Notes: a model not told the origin generated them from the sequence alone. 64,000 nt of DNA from an uncultured Pseudomonadota bacterium (GCA_902785935.1 CADAAN010000003.1:33035-97034), one strand, 5' to 3'. Positions 27,505-37,809 are shown, numbered from the stretch's first letter. A program made the numbers and translations.

Positions 27505-29172
27505 CTATTCTTTACCGTCAAGCAATTTATTTTGATATTCTTCTTCATAAAAACGAAGCGTTGATAAAACCGGATTCGGCGCCGTTTGACCCAAACCGCA
27601 AAGCGACGCTTTTTGCATGGCAAACGCGATTTGCTTTAATTGTTCCAAATCTTTCTTTTTACCGCGACCGCGGTTGATTTTATCCAAGAGAACAAGCATT
27701 TGTTTGCCGCCGATACGACATGGCGCACATTTACCGCAAGATTCATCAACCGTAAAGTCAAGATAAAACTTTGCAAGCGAAACCATATCCGAGCTGTCAT
27801 CAATCACAATCATACCGCCGGAGCCCATAATTGAACCAAGTTTTTTGAGTTCTTCATAACAAACAGGCATATCCATATATTTTGCCGGAATCACACCGCC
27901 TGACGGACCGCCCGTTTGTACGGCTTTGAGCTTTTTGCCTTGAGGCACACCGCCGCCGATTTCGTTGACGATTTCATTGATTGTTGTACCCATCGGCACT
28001 TCAATAAGGCCTGAATGTTCAACTTGACCTGTTAAGGCAAAAACCTTTGTGCCCTTAGATGTTTCAGTCCCGAATGAGGCAAACCAATCAGCGCCTTTTA
28101 ATAAAATTTTAGAAACATTGGCAAGCGTTTCAACGTTGTTGACGCAAGAAGGTTTACCCCACAAGCCTTTGTTTGTCGGATACGGCGGACGCGGGCGCGG
28201 CGTACCTCTCGCCCCTTCGATGGAATGAATAAGTGCCGTTTCTTCACCGCAGACAAAAGCACCTGCACCAAGGCGGATGTCAACATTAAAGCTAAAGTCC
28301 GTGCCCATGATGTTGTTGCCTAAGAGTCTGTTTTTCTTGCAGGCCTGAATGGCTTTTTGCAACCTTTCAACCGCTAAAGGATATTCCGCCCTGACATAAA
28401 ACCAACCGGCTGTTGCGCCGATGGCATAGGCCGCAATCATCATACCTTCAATTACGGCATGCGGATCGCCTTCCAAAATCGAGCGATCCATATAAGCTCC
28501 CGGATCACCCTCATCACCGTTGCAGATAATAAATTTTTCATCAACGGTCGGGACTTTAGCGGCAAGTTCCCACTTCATACCGGTTGAAAAACCGCCGCCG
28601 CCTCTGCCGCGCAAGCCTGATTTTTTGATTTCTTCAACAACCTCTTGCGGCGTCATTGTTTTTAAGGCTTTTTCAAGTGCAAGATAACCGCCGCGCGCCA
28701 TATATTCTCTGATATCTTCAGGGTCAATGTGGCCGGCATTTTTCAAAACAACTTTTTCCTGTTTTTTGAAAAACGGCAGATCAAGCGATAAAACGTATTT
28801 TTGCAGATTTTCACAAACTTCAACATCATTATCCAAAGCCGGAATAACATATTCTTCCATAATTGCGCGAGTCGCATCTAAATCAATACGCTTGAAAAGC
28901 ACATCTTTTTTGCCTTTGATTTCAACTCTGATAAGCGGACCTTGTGCGCAAAGTCCCATGCAACCAGTGGCCACAATACGCACGCGCTCTTTCAAACCTT
29001 TTTCTTCTAAAATTTGTTCAATCAAAGCAATTAAATCATCACTGCCTGAAGATTTACAACCCGTAGAATGACAGCAATAAATATGCGCTTCATATTTTTC
29101 AATCTCGGCAAGTTTATCCTTAGCGATTTCGTGAATATCAAATCTTTTAGCAATTTCAGCCATATCAACCAT
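27505..29172 (-). CDS. hydB: NuoF-like flavoprotein subunit of a bifurcating hydrogenase (HydB/HndC type)
   Basis: GGGGFSTGMKWE FMN/NADH site, an N-terminal thioredoxin-like 2Fe-2S domain, and C-terminal 4Fe-4S Cys motifs. Confidence 0.85.
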   Translation of the reverse strand: MVDMAEIAKRFDIHEIAKDKLAEIEKYEAHIYCCHSTGCKSSGSDDLIALIEQILEEKGLKERVRIVATGCMGLCAQGPLIRVEIKGKKDVLFKRIDLDATRAIMEEYVIPALDNDVEVCENLQKYVLSLDLPFFKKQEKVVLKNAGHIDPEDIREYMARGGYLALEKALKTMTPQEVVEEIKKSGLRGRGGGGFSTGMKWELAAKVPTVDEKFIICNGDEGDPGAYMDRSILEGDPHAVIEGMMIAAYAIGATAGWFYVRAEYPLAVERLQKAIQACKKNRLLGNNIMGTDFSFNVDIRLGAGAFVCGEETALIHSIEGARGTPRPRPPYPTNKGLWGKPSCVNNVETLANVSKILLKGADWFASFGTETSKGTKVFALTGQVEHSGLIEVPMGTTINEIVNEIGGGVPQGKKLKAVQTGGPSGGVIPAKYMDMPVCYEELKKLGSIMGSGGMIVIDDSSDMVSLAKFYLDFTVDESCGKCAPCRIGGKQMLVLLDKINRGRGKKKDLEQLKQIAFAMQKASLCGLGQTAPNPVLSTLRFYEEEYQNKLLDGKE

Positions 29173-29175
29173 AAT

Positions 29176-29655
29176 CTAAGCCTCCTTAAAAACTTCACGC
29201 CATTCGTTTAAGATTTCGGGCACTTGTTCAGGCGTCATACGGCCGTAAGTTTTGCCGTTGACGACACAAACAGGTGCCAAACCGCAACAACCGACACAAC
29301 GCACACATTGCAAATGGAACATATGGTCAGGCGTCGATTCACCCTCTTTGATTTTAAGTTCTGATTTGAACTTTTCCAAAACTTTGTCATTGCCCTTCAA
29401 ATAACAAGCCGTACCCGTGCAAACGGAAATGACGGCCTTGCCGGGGGCGACAAGCTTAAAAAAGTTGTAAAACGTCAAAACTTCATAAATGCGTGCAAGC
29501 GGAATGCCCATTGTGGTGGCTAAATCCATCGCATCTTTCCAGTCAACATAACCTTTGACACCTTGAATTTCATGCAAAGCCATAATCAGTGAGCCGCGTT
29601 TTTTACGCCATTTATCACCAACCTGACAACCAAGACAAGTATCTTCACTCATCAT
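29176..29655 (-). CDS. hydC: NuoE-like 2Fe-2S subunit (HydC/HndA type)
   Basis: Thioredoxin-like ferredoxin with CTGTAC...CVRCVGCCGLAPV. Confidence 0.8.
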   Translation of the reverse strand: MMSEDTCLGCQVGDKWRKKRGSLIMALHEIQGVKGYVDWKDAMDLATTMGIPLARIYEVLTFYNFFKLVAPGKAVISVCTGTACYLKGNDKVLEKFKSELKIKEGESTPDHMFHLQCVRCVGCCGLAPVCVVNGKTYGRMTPEQVPEILNEWREVFKEA

Positions 29656-29917
29656 ATTCTCCTAAAATAAGCGGGTTTCATTTCTGCGCGCATTATACAA
29701 ACTTTTTTCATCAAATCAAGCGCATTTTAACAGATTTTCAGAGAATATTTGATATAGATTTTAGGTGATAGTCTATCCGATTTATGTTTTCATTTTATAA
29801 ATTGGGCGGAAATTTAAATGGAAAAAATATCATAAGAAGTAAAACAATAAAAATCATTGACAAAAAGTCAAATTTGTATTAATATACATATATAGTTGCA
29901 ATTCGAAGAGATAAGAA

Positions 29918-31405
29918 ATGGCAAATTTTTGGCAAAGAGGGCTTATTGCTTTGGGGTTGACGTCAGTTTTATCCGGCACACCTTCCCTTGCGGCGGAAAA
30001 AGAGCATCCCGAAAGCGAAAAAGATAAAGACAGGACTGAAACAACGGCAGACATTCCTGCATCAAAGCAATCTCTCATAAATGTTGAGAATTCTAATCTT
30101 CGTGTGTTTCATAAAACTTATAACCTGCGTGCATCGGACATGATTCCTGGAAAGCTTGATTCTCACTATATTCCGAGAAATGTTTGTCGGGGTGAACAGA
30201 TGGACAAATATTATCACAATGCTCATTACGATCCGGTAATGAATGTTATTGTCTTAAATCAGTATAAAATGAGCGATGCGGATGCGTTTAAAAGAGGGTT
30301 GGAAGATTTTACAAATAGGGCGAATATGCCCAAAGATTTGCAAAGTGCTCTTAATTCCTTTAATGCCGCTTTGCTGGATTCAAGGCTTGCAACACCGATA
30401 AAATCCGAAAACGGAAAAACCATCAAAGTTTATCAAGGTCCGACGGCCAAAACATTGTCTGATGTTGCGCATATCCTTTCTCAAAAGGGACAGTTCAAAC
30501 AAAAGGACGAGGAATGGTTGAATCGTGTTGCTTTTGAAACGGGGCTTAAATCGGCGATGTCTGTGCAGAATTATATTTCGGGCATAAACAAAGAGAATGC
30601 ATCTTTTAAAACCGTCGGGCATGAATTCGGGCACTATCAATTTCAACAAGTTATTGACCAGATGGAAAAAGAGGGAAAATTTATGGAAGATTTAACCCCG
30701 CAAGATCGGTTAACTTTGCATATTGCTGATGAAATGACACAATATATACATCATGATAAAGCAGACAAGACAACATCTGAGGCCATAACTGATTTCTGTG
30801 CAGATAAACAAAACAATTACTTTAACCATTACGAAGAGCCTGTTTTAGCGGAAACAATAGGTTCTGCCACGTACAGACAATGGTCAAAACAAAATATGAA
30901 TGTTGCAGAAGGTGCTGTTGACAGCAAAGCGCTTATACAAAAATCAGGAGCTTTCTTAGATGAGGTGCTTGAAAGAGTTTATGACAATAAAGAAGAATTA
31001 GCATTGGTTAAAAAAGAGTTAGAGAGTTATCAATCATCGCCGTCTTATAAAAATCTTTCAAATCAGTGGCGAAGCTTTGTAAATTCAACTTCGACGGAGG
31101 CCGTTGAAGCGGCTCAATATAGCCGCATCTCGCCGGAATATCTGACAAGCCTGCATAATACAAGAAAAAGCACTGATAAGGCGTCATCTATCGAAGGCGG
31201 TTTTTATAACAATCTGACGGACGCCACAAGCCTTTATCTGAAGACGATGCCTAATGAGGATAATTTAGCTCGTGCAAAAGCAAAACTTGCTCAAAGAGAA
31301 GCGTCAAATAGCGGTGAAAATGCTGTTGTGGCCCAAAACACACAAACAAACGCTACTTCACGTACTTTTGTCTTGAACCAAACATCGTTTGAACAATTGC
31401 GTTAA
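29918..31405 (+). CDS. Secreted protein with an HExxH zinc-metallopeptidase-like motif (VGHEFGHYQF)
   Basis: Signal peptide (MANFWQRGLIALGLTSVLSGTPSLAAEK) and HEFGH. No further family match was recognised. A TTGACA-17-TAATAT promoter lies at 29861-29889. Confidence 0.45.
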   Translation: MANFWQRGLIALGLTSVLSGTPSLAAEKEHPESEKDKDRTETTADIPASKQSLINVENSNLRVFHKTYNLRASDMIPGKLDSHYIPRNVCRGEQMDKYYHNAHYDPVMNVIVLNQYKMSDADAFKRGLEDFTNRANMPKDLQSALNSFNAALLDSRLATPIKSENGKTIKVYQGPTAKTLSDVAHILSQKGQFKQKDEEWLNRVAFETGLKSAMSVQNYISGINKENASFKTVGHEFGHYQFQQVIDQMEKEGKFMEDLTPQDRLTLHIADEMTQYIHHDKADKTTSEAITDFCADKQNNYFNHYEEPVLAETIGSATYRQWSKQNMNVAEGAVDSKALIQKSGAFLDEVLERVYDNKEELALVKKELESYQSSPSYKNLSNQWRSFVNSTSTEAVEAAQYSRISPEYLTSLHNTRKSTDKASSIEGGFYNNLTDATSLYLKTMPNEDNLARAKAKLAQREASNSGENAVVAQNTQTNATSRTFVLNQTSFEQLR

Positions 31406-31415
31406 ACTTTGCGAT

Positions 31416-32261
31416 TTATTTGATTTTTTTACGTTCTTCTTTTTTCAAAAGTTCTAGATCGCGTGAGGTTGCGATACGATTTAGAACGGTCTTGATGGCA
31501 ATATCAATGCCTTTGCCTTCACTGTAATCTGCAGGCAAAGCAAAATCAACGCGATTGTCTTTAAGCATTTGTATGGCCTTGCGTTTTTTGTGGCTTTTGG
31601 GTTTATATACAGCGATTGCCGTGCCGTTTCGCGCTTTGACCATCTTCATTGACGGAATATCAGTTAACCCATCACCGAAATAAACGATTCGGGTATACGG
31701 AATACGACGATTTTCATCGGGGATATATTCATTAACCGCCTTATCATCAAGCTTTTTTAAGCCTTTGTTGATTTTAGATAAATATTGAATTTTGGCCTGA
31801 TAATTGACAACGCGCGCCGGCCAAACGGGAAAACCGTTTTCATCAAAAGCAAAAGCACAACCGGCCACTTCCTTAAAATACGGGCGAATGGAACAACCCT
31901 CAATAATTTCTTCATACCCCGAAGAAATGATATAATGCTCGATATCCAAATCAAGATATTGCCCATACTTGTTGATACGGTCAAACCACGTTTCAACCCC
32001 TTCATAATATTCGATATTCTTACCGCATTCTTTTAAAACTTCAAAACTGAGGCAAATATTTTTTTCACGTGCCATTTTTGTAAAATAGTACATACTGCCC
32101 GTGACCTGATCGGCATGATTGTCAACAGACCAAGCATTGGCCTTTTTCCAAAATGTTTCAGGCTTCAAACCGAGCTTTGGTATCAGCAGATAATCCTGCA
32201 TATAGGTCGTACTTAACGTTTCATCAAAATCATAAATAAAGGCAACTTTTGTTTTTTTCAT
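31416..32261 (-). CDS. HAD-superfamily hydrolase
   Basis: FIYDFDETL (motif I DxD) and YFGDGLTD (motif IV). Confidence 0.6.
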   Translation of the reverse strand: MKKTKVAFIYDFDETLSTTYMQDYLLIPKLGLKPETFWKKANAWSVDNHADQVTGSMYYFTKMAREKNICLSFEVLKECGKNIEYYEGVETWFDRINKYGQYLDLDIEHYIISSGYEEIIEGCSIRPYFKEVAGCAFAFDENGFPVWPARVVNYQAKIQYLSKINKGLKKLDDKAVNEYIPDENRRIPYTRIVYFGDGLTDIPSMKMVKARNGTAIAVYKPKSHKKRKAIQMLKDNRVDFALPADYSEGKGIDIAIKTVLNRIATSRDLELLKKEERKKIK

Positions 32262-32328
32262 TTTTCTTCTCTTTGAGTGCTTTTGACTGTATTTAACATA
32301 AGTCGTATAGGTTAATATTTGTTGAAAA

Positions 32329-33834
32329 TTATGATTTAATCATCTTAAAGCAGGTGACCAAAAAAAGGATTAAGCCCATCACGATGGCGATGGCATTTCC
32401 GCCGATATGGGCATAAATTGTTGAAACGCTTAATTTTTGGGGCAAATTAACATCTAAAACGCCTCTTTCGTTAAGGCCTAAAAATGTTTTTATCTGTCCG
32501 AAAGGATTTATCACCGCACTGATGCCGTTGTTTGCCGCGCGTACAATCGTGACGCCTTCTTCTATTGCGCGCATTTTGGCAGCAAGCAAATGCTGATACG
32601 GGCCAAAGCTCTTGCCATACCATCCGTCGTTACTCAAAACAATCAAAAATTGAGGCTTATCACGTCTATTGATGACTTCATCCGGAAAAATGACCTCATA
32701 ACAAATCAATGCACCGAATTTCGGAAGCCCCGTAAGTTCTATCGTTTTATATTTTTCGCCTTGTGCAAAATCAGCCATTTGGTTGGCTATCGGACTGACC
32801 CACGAGGGCAAAAATTTTCGAAACGGAATATATTCACCAAACGGCACCAAATGATTTTTATCATAAAATGCAACCGTTTGCCCCTCATCGTCAATCACGG
32901 ACATAGAATTATAAAGCGCATCATTTTGTTCATCATAGCGCAGCAAGCCCGTCATCAGATAACCGTTTTTCGGAACAGCTTTTTTTATCAACATTTGATA
33001 ATAAGCCGAATCGGCGGGATTAAAAGCTGTCGCCGTTTCGCCCCAAAGGACAAATCGCACATTTTCAGCCCCGTCTTTTCGGCTGAGGTTGATATAATCC
33101 ATCAGATTGTCTTCCAAAGACTCCTGATCCCATTTTAAGGTTTGCGCAATGCTCGGCTGCACAATGCGCACGGCAATATCCGAAGGTTTATCGTCATTTT
33201 TTAAGCGATACATGCCAAATGCCGTCATCAATGCGCTTATCAAAAGAAAAACCGCCACGGCGCTGATATATTTTTTTTGAATACCGGCATAAAGACAAAG
33301 CACCATAATTATCATCAAAAATGACAAGCCGTATGTGCCGACAATGCTTGCGCTTTGAAGCAAAATATCTGAAAAACCGAACATTGTGCCAATCATATTC
33401 CACGCAAATCCGGTCAGCAAAAAACATCGCACATATTCCATCAAAACAATGATGCTTGCAAAGCTCAAAATTTTGCACCATGGGGTTGTATTTTTTAAAA
33501 AATGCCATACCATAAAAGGCAAAATCAAAAACAGCGCAAAAAATGCCCCCGGCGCCACAAGCGCAAACGGATAAAGCCAGCCGAATGTCACAAAATCAAC
33601 AAGCAAGGCGTTGGCAATCCAATAAAATCCGCCGCAAAAAAATCCAAAACCGAAGACATAACCGATTTTGGCCGCCTGTTTTAAATCTTGAGCCTCGTCA
33701 CAAATCAAAAGCGCAAACAACAAGAAAAGTGCGAAAACAGGCACGGCATATACGGGCGCAAATCCGAAAGACGCCAAAATTCCCGCGATAAAAAGTGCTG
33801 TTTTTTGATGTTTGATTTTGCTTAATTGAAGCAT
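32329..33834 (-). CDS. lnt: Apolipoprotein N-acyltransferase
   Basis: Multi-TM N-terminus plus a CN-hydrolase domain (WGETA...LICYEVIFP). Confidence 0.85.
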   Translation of the reverse strand: MLQLSKIKHQKTALFIAGILASFGFAPVYAVPVFALFLLFALLICDEAQDLKQAAKIGYVFGFGFFCGGFYWIANALLVDFVTFGWLYPFALVAPGAFFALFLILPFMVWHFLKNTTPWCKILSFASIIVLMEYVRCFLLTGFAWNMIGTMFGFSDILLQSASIVGTYGLSFLMIIMVLCLYAGIQKKYISAVAVFLLISALMTAFGMYRLKNDDKPSDIAVRIVQPSIAQTLKWDQESLEDNLMDYINLSRKDGAENVRFVLWGETATAFNPADSAYYQMLIKKAVPKNGYLMTGLLRYDEQNDALYNSMSVIDDEGQTVAFYDKNHLVPFGEYIPFRKFLPSWVSPIANQMADFAQGEKYKTIELTGLPKFGALICYEVIFPDEVINRRDKPQFLIVLSNDGWYGKSFGPYQHLLAAKMRAIEEGVTIVRAANNGISAVINPFGQIKTFLGLNERGVLDVNLPQKLSVSTIYAHIGGNAIAIVMGLILFLVTCFKMIKS

Positions 33835-33837
33835 TTT

Positions 33838-34353
33838 TTATTCCTGATACGGATTTTCGATTTGAAGCTTTTTTAAGATTTCAATCTCAAGCGATTCCAT
33901 CTCTAATCGCTCGGCCTCAATCATATGGTCATAACCCAAAATGTGCAACATGCCGTGTACCCATAAATGGCAAAAATGAGATTTGAGGTCAATTTCAAGC
34001 TCTTGAGCCTCTTTTAAAAGCGTTTCAAACGCAACAATCACATCGCCGAGTTCAACATCATTTTCATTTTCAAGCATTGTTTCAAAAAACGGGTCATCAA
34101 TATTTGCAAACGAGAGCACGTTTGTCGGCTTATCAAGTCCGCGAAACTCTTTATTTAAGGCTTGCACGGTCTGGTTATCACTTAACGCCAGATTAAGCAA
34201 AAAATCTTTGTTTAAATTCAAAAAATCAACTTTTGGCAAAACAACGCTTAAAAGAGCATCTTTACAAGCGACAATAAGCGCTTCATCAATACCGTTTTTG
34301 ATAAAGCGCTCATCTTGAACATCAATCAAAATATCAAATCGACGCATCGTCAT
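33838..34353 (-). CDS. ybeY: Endoribonuclease YbeY
   Basis: HLWVHGMLHILGYDH metal-binding motif. The start was chosen at MTMRRFDIL, overlapping the end of phoH. Confidence 0.8.
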   Translation of the reverse strand: MTMRRFDILIDVQDERFIKNGIDEALIVACKDALLSVVLPKVDFLNLNKDFLLNLALSDNQTVQALNKEFRGLDKPTNVLSFANIDDPFFETMLENENDVELGDVIVAFETLLKEAQELEIDLKSHFCHLWVHGMLHILGYDHMIEAERLEMESLEIEILKKLQIENPYQE

Positions 34354-35362
34354 CTTCTTGCATACGTTTGACTTTTTCATCATAAATTCGGTTGAAGTGC
34401 TTGCTTTTTTCTTCATACGCCTGAACAATTTTTGCCACCAACCCGTGACGCACGACATCTGTCGAGCTGAATGTCACCGAGGTAATGTTGTCCACCTTTT
34501 TTAAGGTATCAAGCGCATCCCGAAGCCCTGACACGACACCGCGAGGTAAATCTACCTGACTCAAGTCACCGTTGACGACCATGCGCGAATTTTCACCCAA
34601 ACGGGTTAAAAACATCTTCATTTGCATCGGGGTTGTATTCTGTGCTTCATCTAATATCACAAATGCGTTTGAAAGCGTACGCCCGCGCATAAAGGCAAGC
34701 GGCGCAATCTCAATTTCACCGATGGAAAGCTTTTTATCAACCGTTTCAGCCGGAAGCATCTCATATAAGGCATCATACAAAGGTCTTAAATAAGGATCGA
34801 CCTTATCCTTCAAATCACCCGGCAAAAAGCCCAAATTTTCACCCGCCTCAACCGCCGGACGCGACAAGATAATCTTATCGACCGCACCTTCAAGCATCAT
34901 TGAAACGGCCAAAGCCACGGCTAAATACGTTTTACCCGTACCGGCGGGGCCAAGTCCGAAAACAAGCTCATTTTTAAGCATGGCTTCGATATATTTTGCC
35001 TGTGTTGCCGAACGCGGATAAATATAGCGTTTTTTTGTTTTCAAAACAATTTCGTTAAAGTTTTGTAAATCCTTTTCGTTTGTACCGCCGCAAATCCGAA
35101 TGGCGGCATTGACTTCCTGCTCGCCGATATCAATATTTTTGCTTGCTTTGTCATAAAGCACCATAATTGCGGTTTTTGCATTTTCGATTTCCGTAGCACC
35201 GCCTTTGATGGTGATTTGATTGCCAAAACTCAAAATCTCAACGCCCAAACTTTTTTCAATCAGCTTCAAGTTTGCATCGTTGATACCGACCAATTTTTGT
35301 ATCAATTGATTATTGTATAATTCAAAATTTAACTCAGCCATTTTTAATAACCTCCCCTTCAA
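34334..35362 (-). CDS. phoH: PhoH-like ATPase
   Basis: GPAGTGKTYLAVA Walker A, an N-terminal KH-like region, and position between miaB and ybeY. Confidence 0.85.
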   Translation of the reverse strand: MKGRLLKMAELNFELYNNQLIQKLVGINDANLKLIEKSLGVEILSFGNQITIKGGATEIENAKTAIMVLYDKASKNIDIGEQEVNAAIRICGGTNEKDLQNFNEIVLKTKKRYIYPRSATQAKYIEAMLKNELVFGLGPAGTGKTYLAVALAVSMMLEGAVDKIILSRPAVEAGENLGFLPGDLKDKVDPYLRPLYDALYEMLPAETVDKKLSIGEIEIAPLAFMRGRTLSNAFVILDEAQNTTPMQMKMFLTRLGENSRMVVNGDLSQVDLPRGVVSGLRDALDTLKKVDNITSVTFSSTDVVRHGLVAKIVQAYEEKSKHFNRIYDEKVKRMQEDDDASI

Positions 35363-36674
35363 GAGAATTTGTTGTTGCGCTTAAGATTTTAACTTGTTTG
35401 ATTTTGCCAAGCATATCAGAACTACCCAAAGCATGCACATTTTGCATGTAAGGTGTGCGTCCGATAAATTGCCCCTTATGACGTCCGAGGTTTTCAAACA
35501 AAACATCAAACGTCTTTCCGACGCATTTTTGATTGAAAGCGTCTTGCAAGGCAAAAAGTTTTGTTTGCAGTACATCAAGCCGTTCTTTTTTGACTTTTTC
35601 AGGCACTTGTCCGTCCATTGTCGCCGCCGGTGTGCCGGGACGCTTACTGTATTTGAACGAAAAAGCCTGAATATAACCGATTTTATCAACCAAATCGAGC
35701 GTTTGTTCAAAATCCGCATCCGTCTCACAAGGAAATCCGACAATAAAATCTGATGACATCTCAAGCTTAGGATTTGCATCCTTGAGTTTTTGCACAACTT
35801 CAATATAAGTTTCACGCGTGTGACGTCTGTTCATTGCTTTTAAGATTTTGTTTGAACCCGATTGTACCGGCAAATGTAAATACGGCATCAAAATATCGAT
35901 ATTTTTGTGGCAAGCTATCAACTCATCATTGACATCGGCCGGATATGAAGTCGTATATCTCAAGCGCTTTAAGCCGTCAAGTTCTGCCATTTTATTTAAA
36001 AGATAGGCCAAATTGCGCTCAACACCTTTTTCATCTTCACCGTGATAAGAGTTGACGTTTTGTCCCAAAAGATTGATTTCAAGCGTGCCTGTTTCAATGA
36101 GCCTTTTAGCCTCGGCAATCACGTCCGCAACAGGCCTTGAATATTCAACACCGCGCGTATATGGCACGACACAGTATGTGCAAAAATTATTGCATCCTTC
36201 CTGAATGGCCAAGAAAGAACACCCGCCCAAAGCTTTATTTTCAGGCAAAAAGTCAAACTTTGATTCGGCCGGAAAATCCGTATCCACAATGCCGGCAGTT
36301 TTTTTTGCCTTAATATCATTTAAAATTTGAGGAAGTCTGTGATATGTCAGTGGCCCGAATGCAAAATCAACAAACGGCGCCCGTTTTAAAATTTCCGTAT
36401 CTTCAGCCTGTACAACGCAACCTGCAACGCCGATGATTGTGCTGAAGCCTTTTTCCAAACGCTCATTTTTGATGATAAGCGCACGACCTAAATCCGAAAA
36501 AAGCTTTTCGGCTGCTTTTTCTCTGATGTGACAGGTATTAAAAAGCACCAAATCAGCGTCCGATTGTTTGTCCGCCTTTTGATATCCCATATCTTCAAGC
36601 ATCATCGCCATACGCTGAGAATCATAAACATTCATCTGACAGCCGTAAGTTTTGATAAAATATTTTTCTTCCAT
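35334..36674 (-). CDS. miaB: tRNA-2-methylthio-N6-dimethylallyladenosine synthase
   Basis: MEEKYFIKTYGCQMNVYDSQ (MTTase N-terminus) and a radical-SAM CxxxCxxC. Confidence 0.9.
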   Translation of the reverse strand: MEEKYFIKTYGCQMNVYDSQRMAMMLEDMGYQKADKQSDADLVLFNTCHIREKAAEKLFSDLGRALIIKNERLEKGFSTIIGVAGCVVQAEDTEILKRAPFVDFAFGPLTYHRLPQILNDIKAKKTAGIVDTDFPAESKFDFLPENKALGGCSFLAIQEGCNNFCTYCVVPYTRGVEYSRPVADVIAEAKRLIETGTLEINLLGQNVNSYHGEDEKGVERNLAYLLNKMAELDGLKRLRYTTSYPADVNDELIACHKNIDILMPYLHLPVQSGSNKILKAMNRRHTRETYIEVVQKLKDANPKLEMSSDFIVGFPCETDADFEQTLDLVDKIGYIQAFSFKYSKRPGTPAATMDGQVPEKVKKERLDVLQTKLFALQDAFNQKCVGKTFDVLFENLGRHKGQFIGRTPYMQNVHALGSSDMLGKIKQVKILSATTNSLEGEVIKNG

Positions 36675-36748
36675 AGCTTTTTATTTTATTTGTTATTTTT
36701 GAGCTATGTTATGCCAAAACAAAGTCTTTTTCAAATGTTTTTTTATGT

Positions 36749-37612
36749 TTATCGATATTTTATCTTAAAGGAATTAACCTCACCCGCCACAAAATTTGCC
36801 TCATCGATGGTGTAGATACGCTTTTTGATATAGTTCGGTGTGCCGATGTCATTTGCTTTTGCATACCACCTGCCTTGATAAAACACATTTCCGTCTGCAG
36901 TTTTTTGATAGGTTACGAGCTCAACGTTTTTATCGGTGTCTTGCAAAAAGGAAATTGCTGCCTTGCACTGAGCTTTAAGATTTTCGGCACAATATAATTT
37001 TTTAAGATTAATCACGCTGGAACCACGAAAAGCCTCATTTGAAATATATGTCACATTTTCAGGTATCACCAATTCTTCTGGTGTGAGAGGAAGTGTATCA
37101 GAGCCGATAAGTGTCAAAGATGAGGGAAGAAGAGAAAAATCCGGATTATTTCTGTAAGAAGCTAAAGCAAAATTTTCAAGTGTTGTTAATCCATCCGGAA
37201 TATTGATTTTTTCTAAGTTTCCAATATTTGCAAAAGCTTCTGCTCTGATGACTTTTAAGCTTTTTGGCAAAGAAACTTCCGAGATGGCATACATATCTTC
37301 AAAGGCATGTGCTCCGACAGATGTCATTCCTTCTTCAATAACAACATTATTTACTCTGCCTATTATTTGCGATTGAGCCCACGGCGCGGGGTTTGAGGTT
37401 GGAAGGCCATATAAACCATCATATCTAAAAGTATATGCTTTCATTTCACCTGTGCCGGAGATTGTCAATGTTGAACCTTCAAATGTTGCCGTGCACGAAC
37501 CCGTTGAATTTTCAGGTGTGCAATCCCATACGCATTTTCCTTGTTCATCACAGTCCGCCATTGCAACAATCGGCAACAAAAGAAACCCTGAAGTCAAAGA
37601 TATTTTTTTCAT
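36749..37612 (-). CDS. BspA-type leucine-rich-repeat secreted protein, an intact paralog of 19215-20007 with the same conserved C-terminal domain
   Basis: Signal peptide MKKISLTSGFLLLPIVAMA, a Cys-rich stretch, LRRs, and C-terminal KRIYTIDEANFVAGEVNSFKIKYR. Confidence 0.7.
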   Translation of the reverse strand: MKKISLTSGFLLLPIVAMADCDEQGKCVWDCTPENSTGSCTATFEGSTLTISGTGEMKAYTFRYDGLYGLPTSNPAPWAQSQIIGRVNNVVIEEGMTSVGAHAFEDMYAISEVSLPKSLKVIRAEAFANIGNLEKINIPDGLTTLENFALASYRNNPDFSLLPSSLTLIGSDTLPLTPEELVIPENVTYISNEAFRGSSVINLKKLYCAENLKAQCKAAISFLQDTDKNVELVTYQKTADGNVFYQGRWYAKANDIGTPNYIKKRIYTIDEANFVAGEVNSFKIKYR

Positions 37613-37809
37613 ATTTTTTCTCCAAAAATTAAAAAAATCACTTTAGAAAAATCCAAAGTGGGAGCTATCAAACTGTAACTGTACAGACAAACTTATTCGC
37701 CACAAATGTGCTTATCTCGTTTACTCCCTATAAGGAGTTATACAGTTAAGGATGTTTGATAGACACCGCAACCATTTTGGTTACACCTTGATTATCTCAT
37801 AATACAAAT
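37613..37809 (-). promoter_or_regulatory. Promoter (TTGACA-17-GATAAT on the minus strand) plus a conserved 5' leader homologous to 18992-19214
   Basis: The reverse complement aligns along its length with the leader of the paralog. Confidence 0.5.

Noticed and set aside
35381-35815. 144-aa and 119-aa ORFs inside miaB
   Set aside because: Alternative frames of a strongly supported gene.
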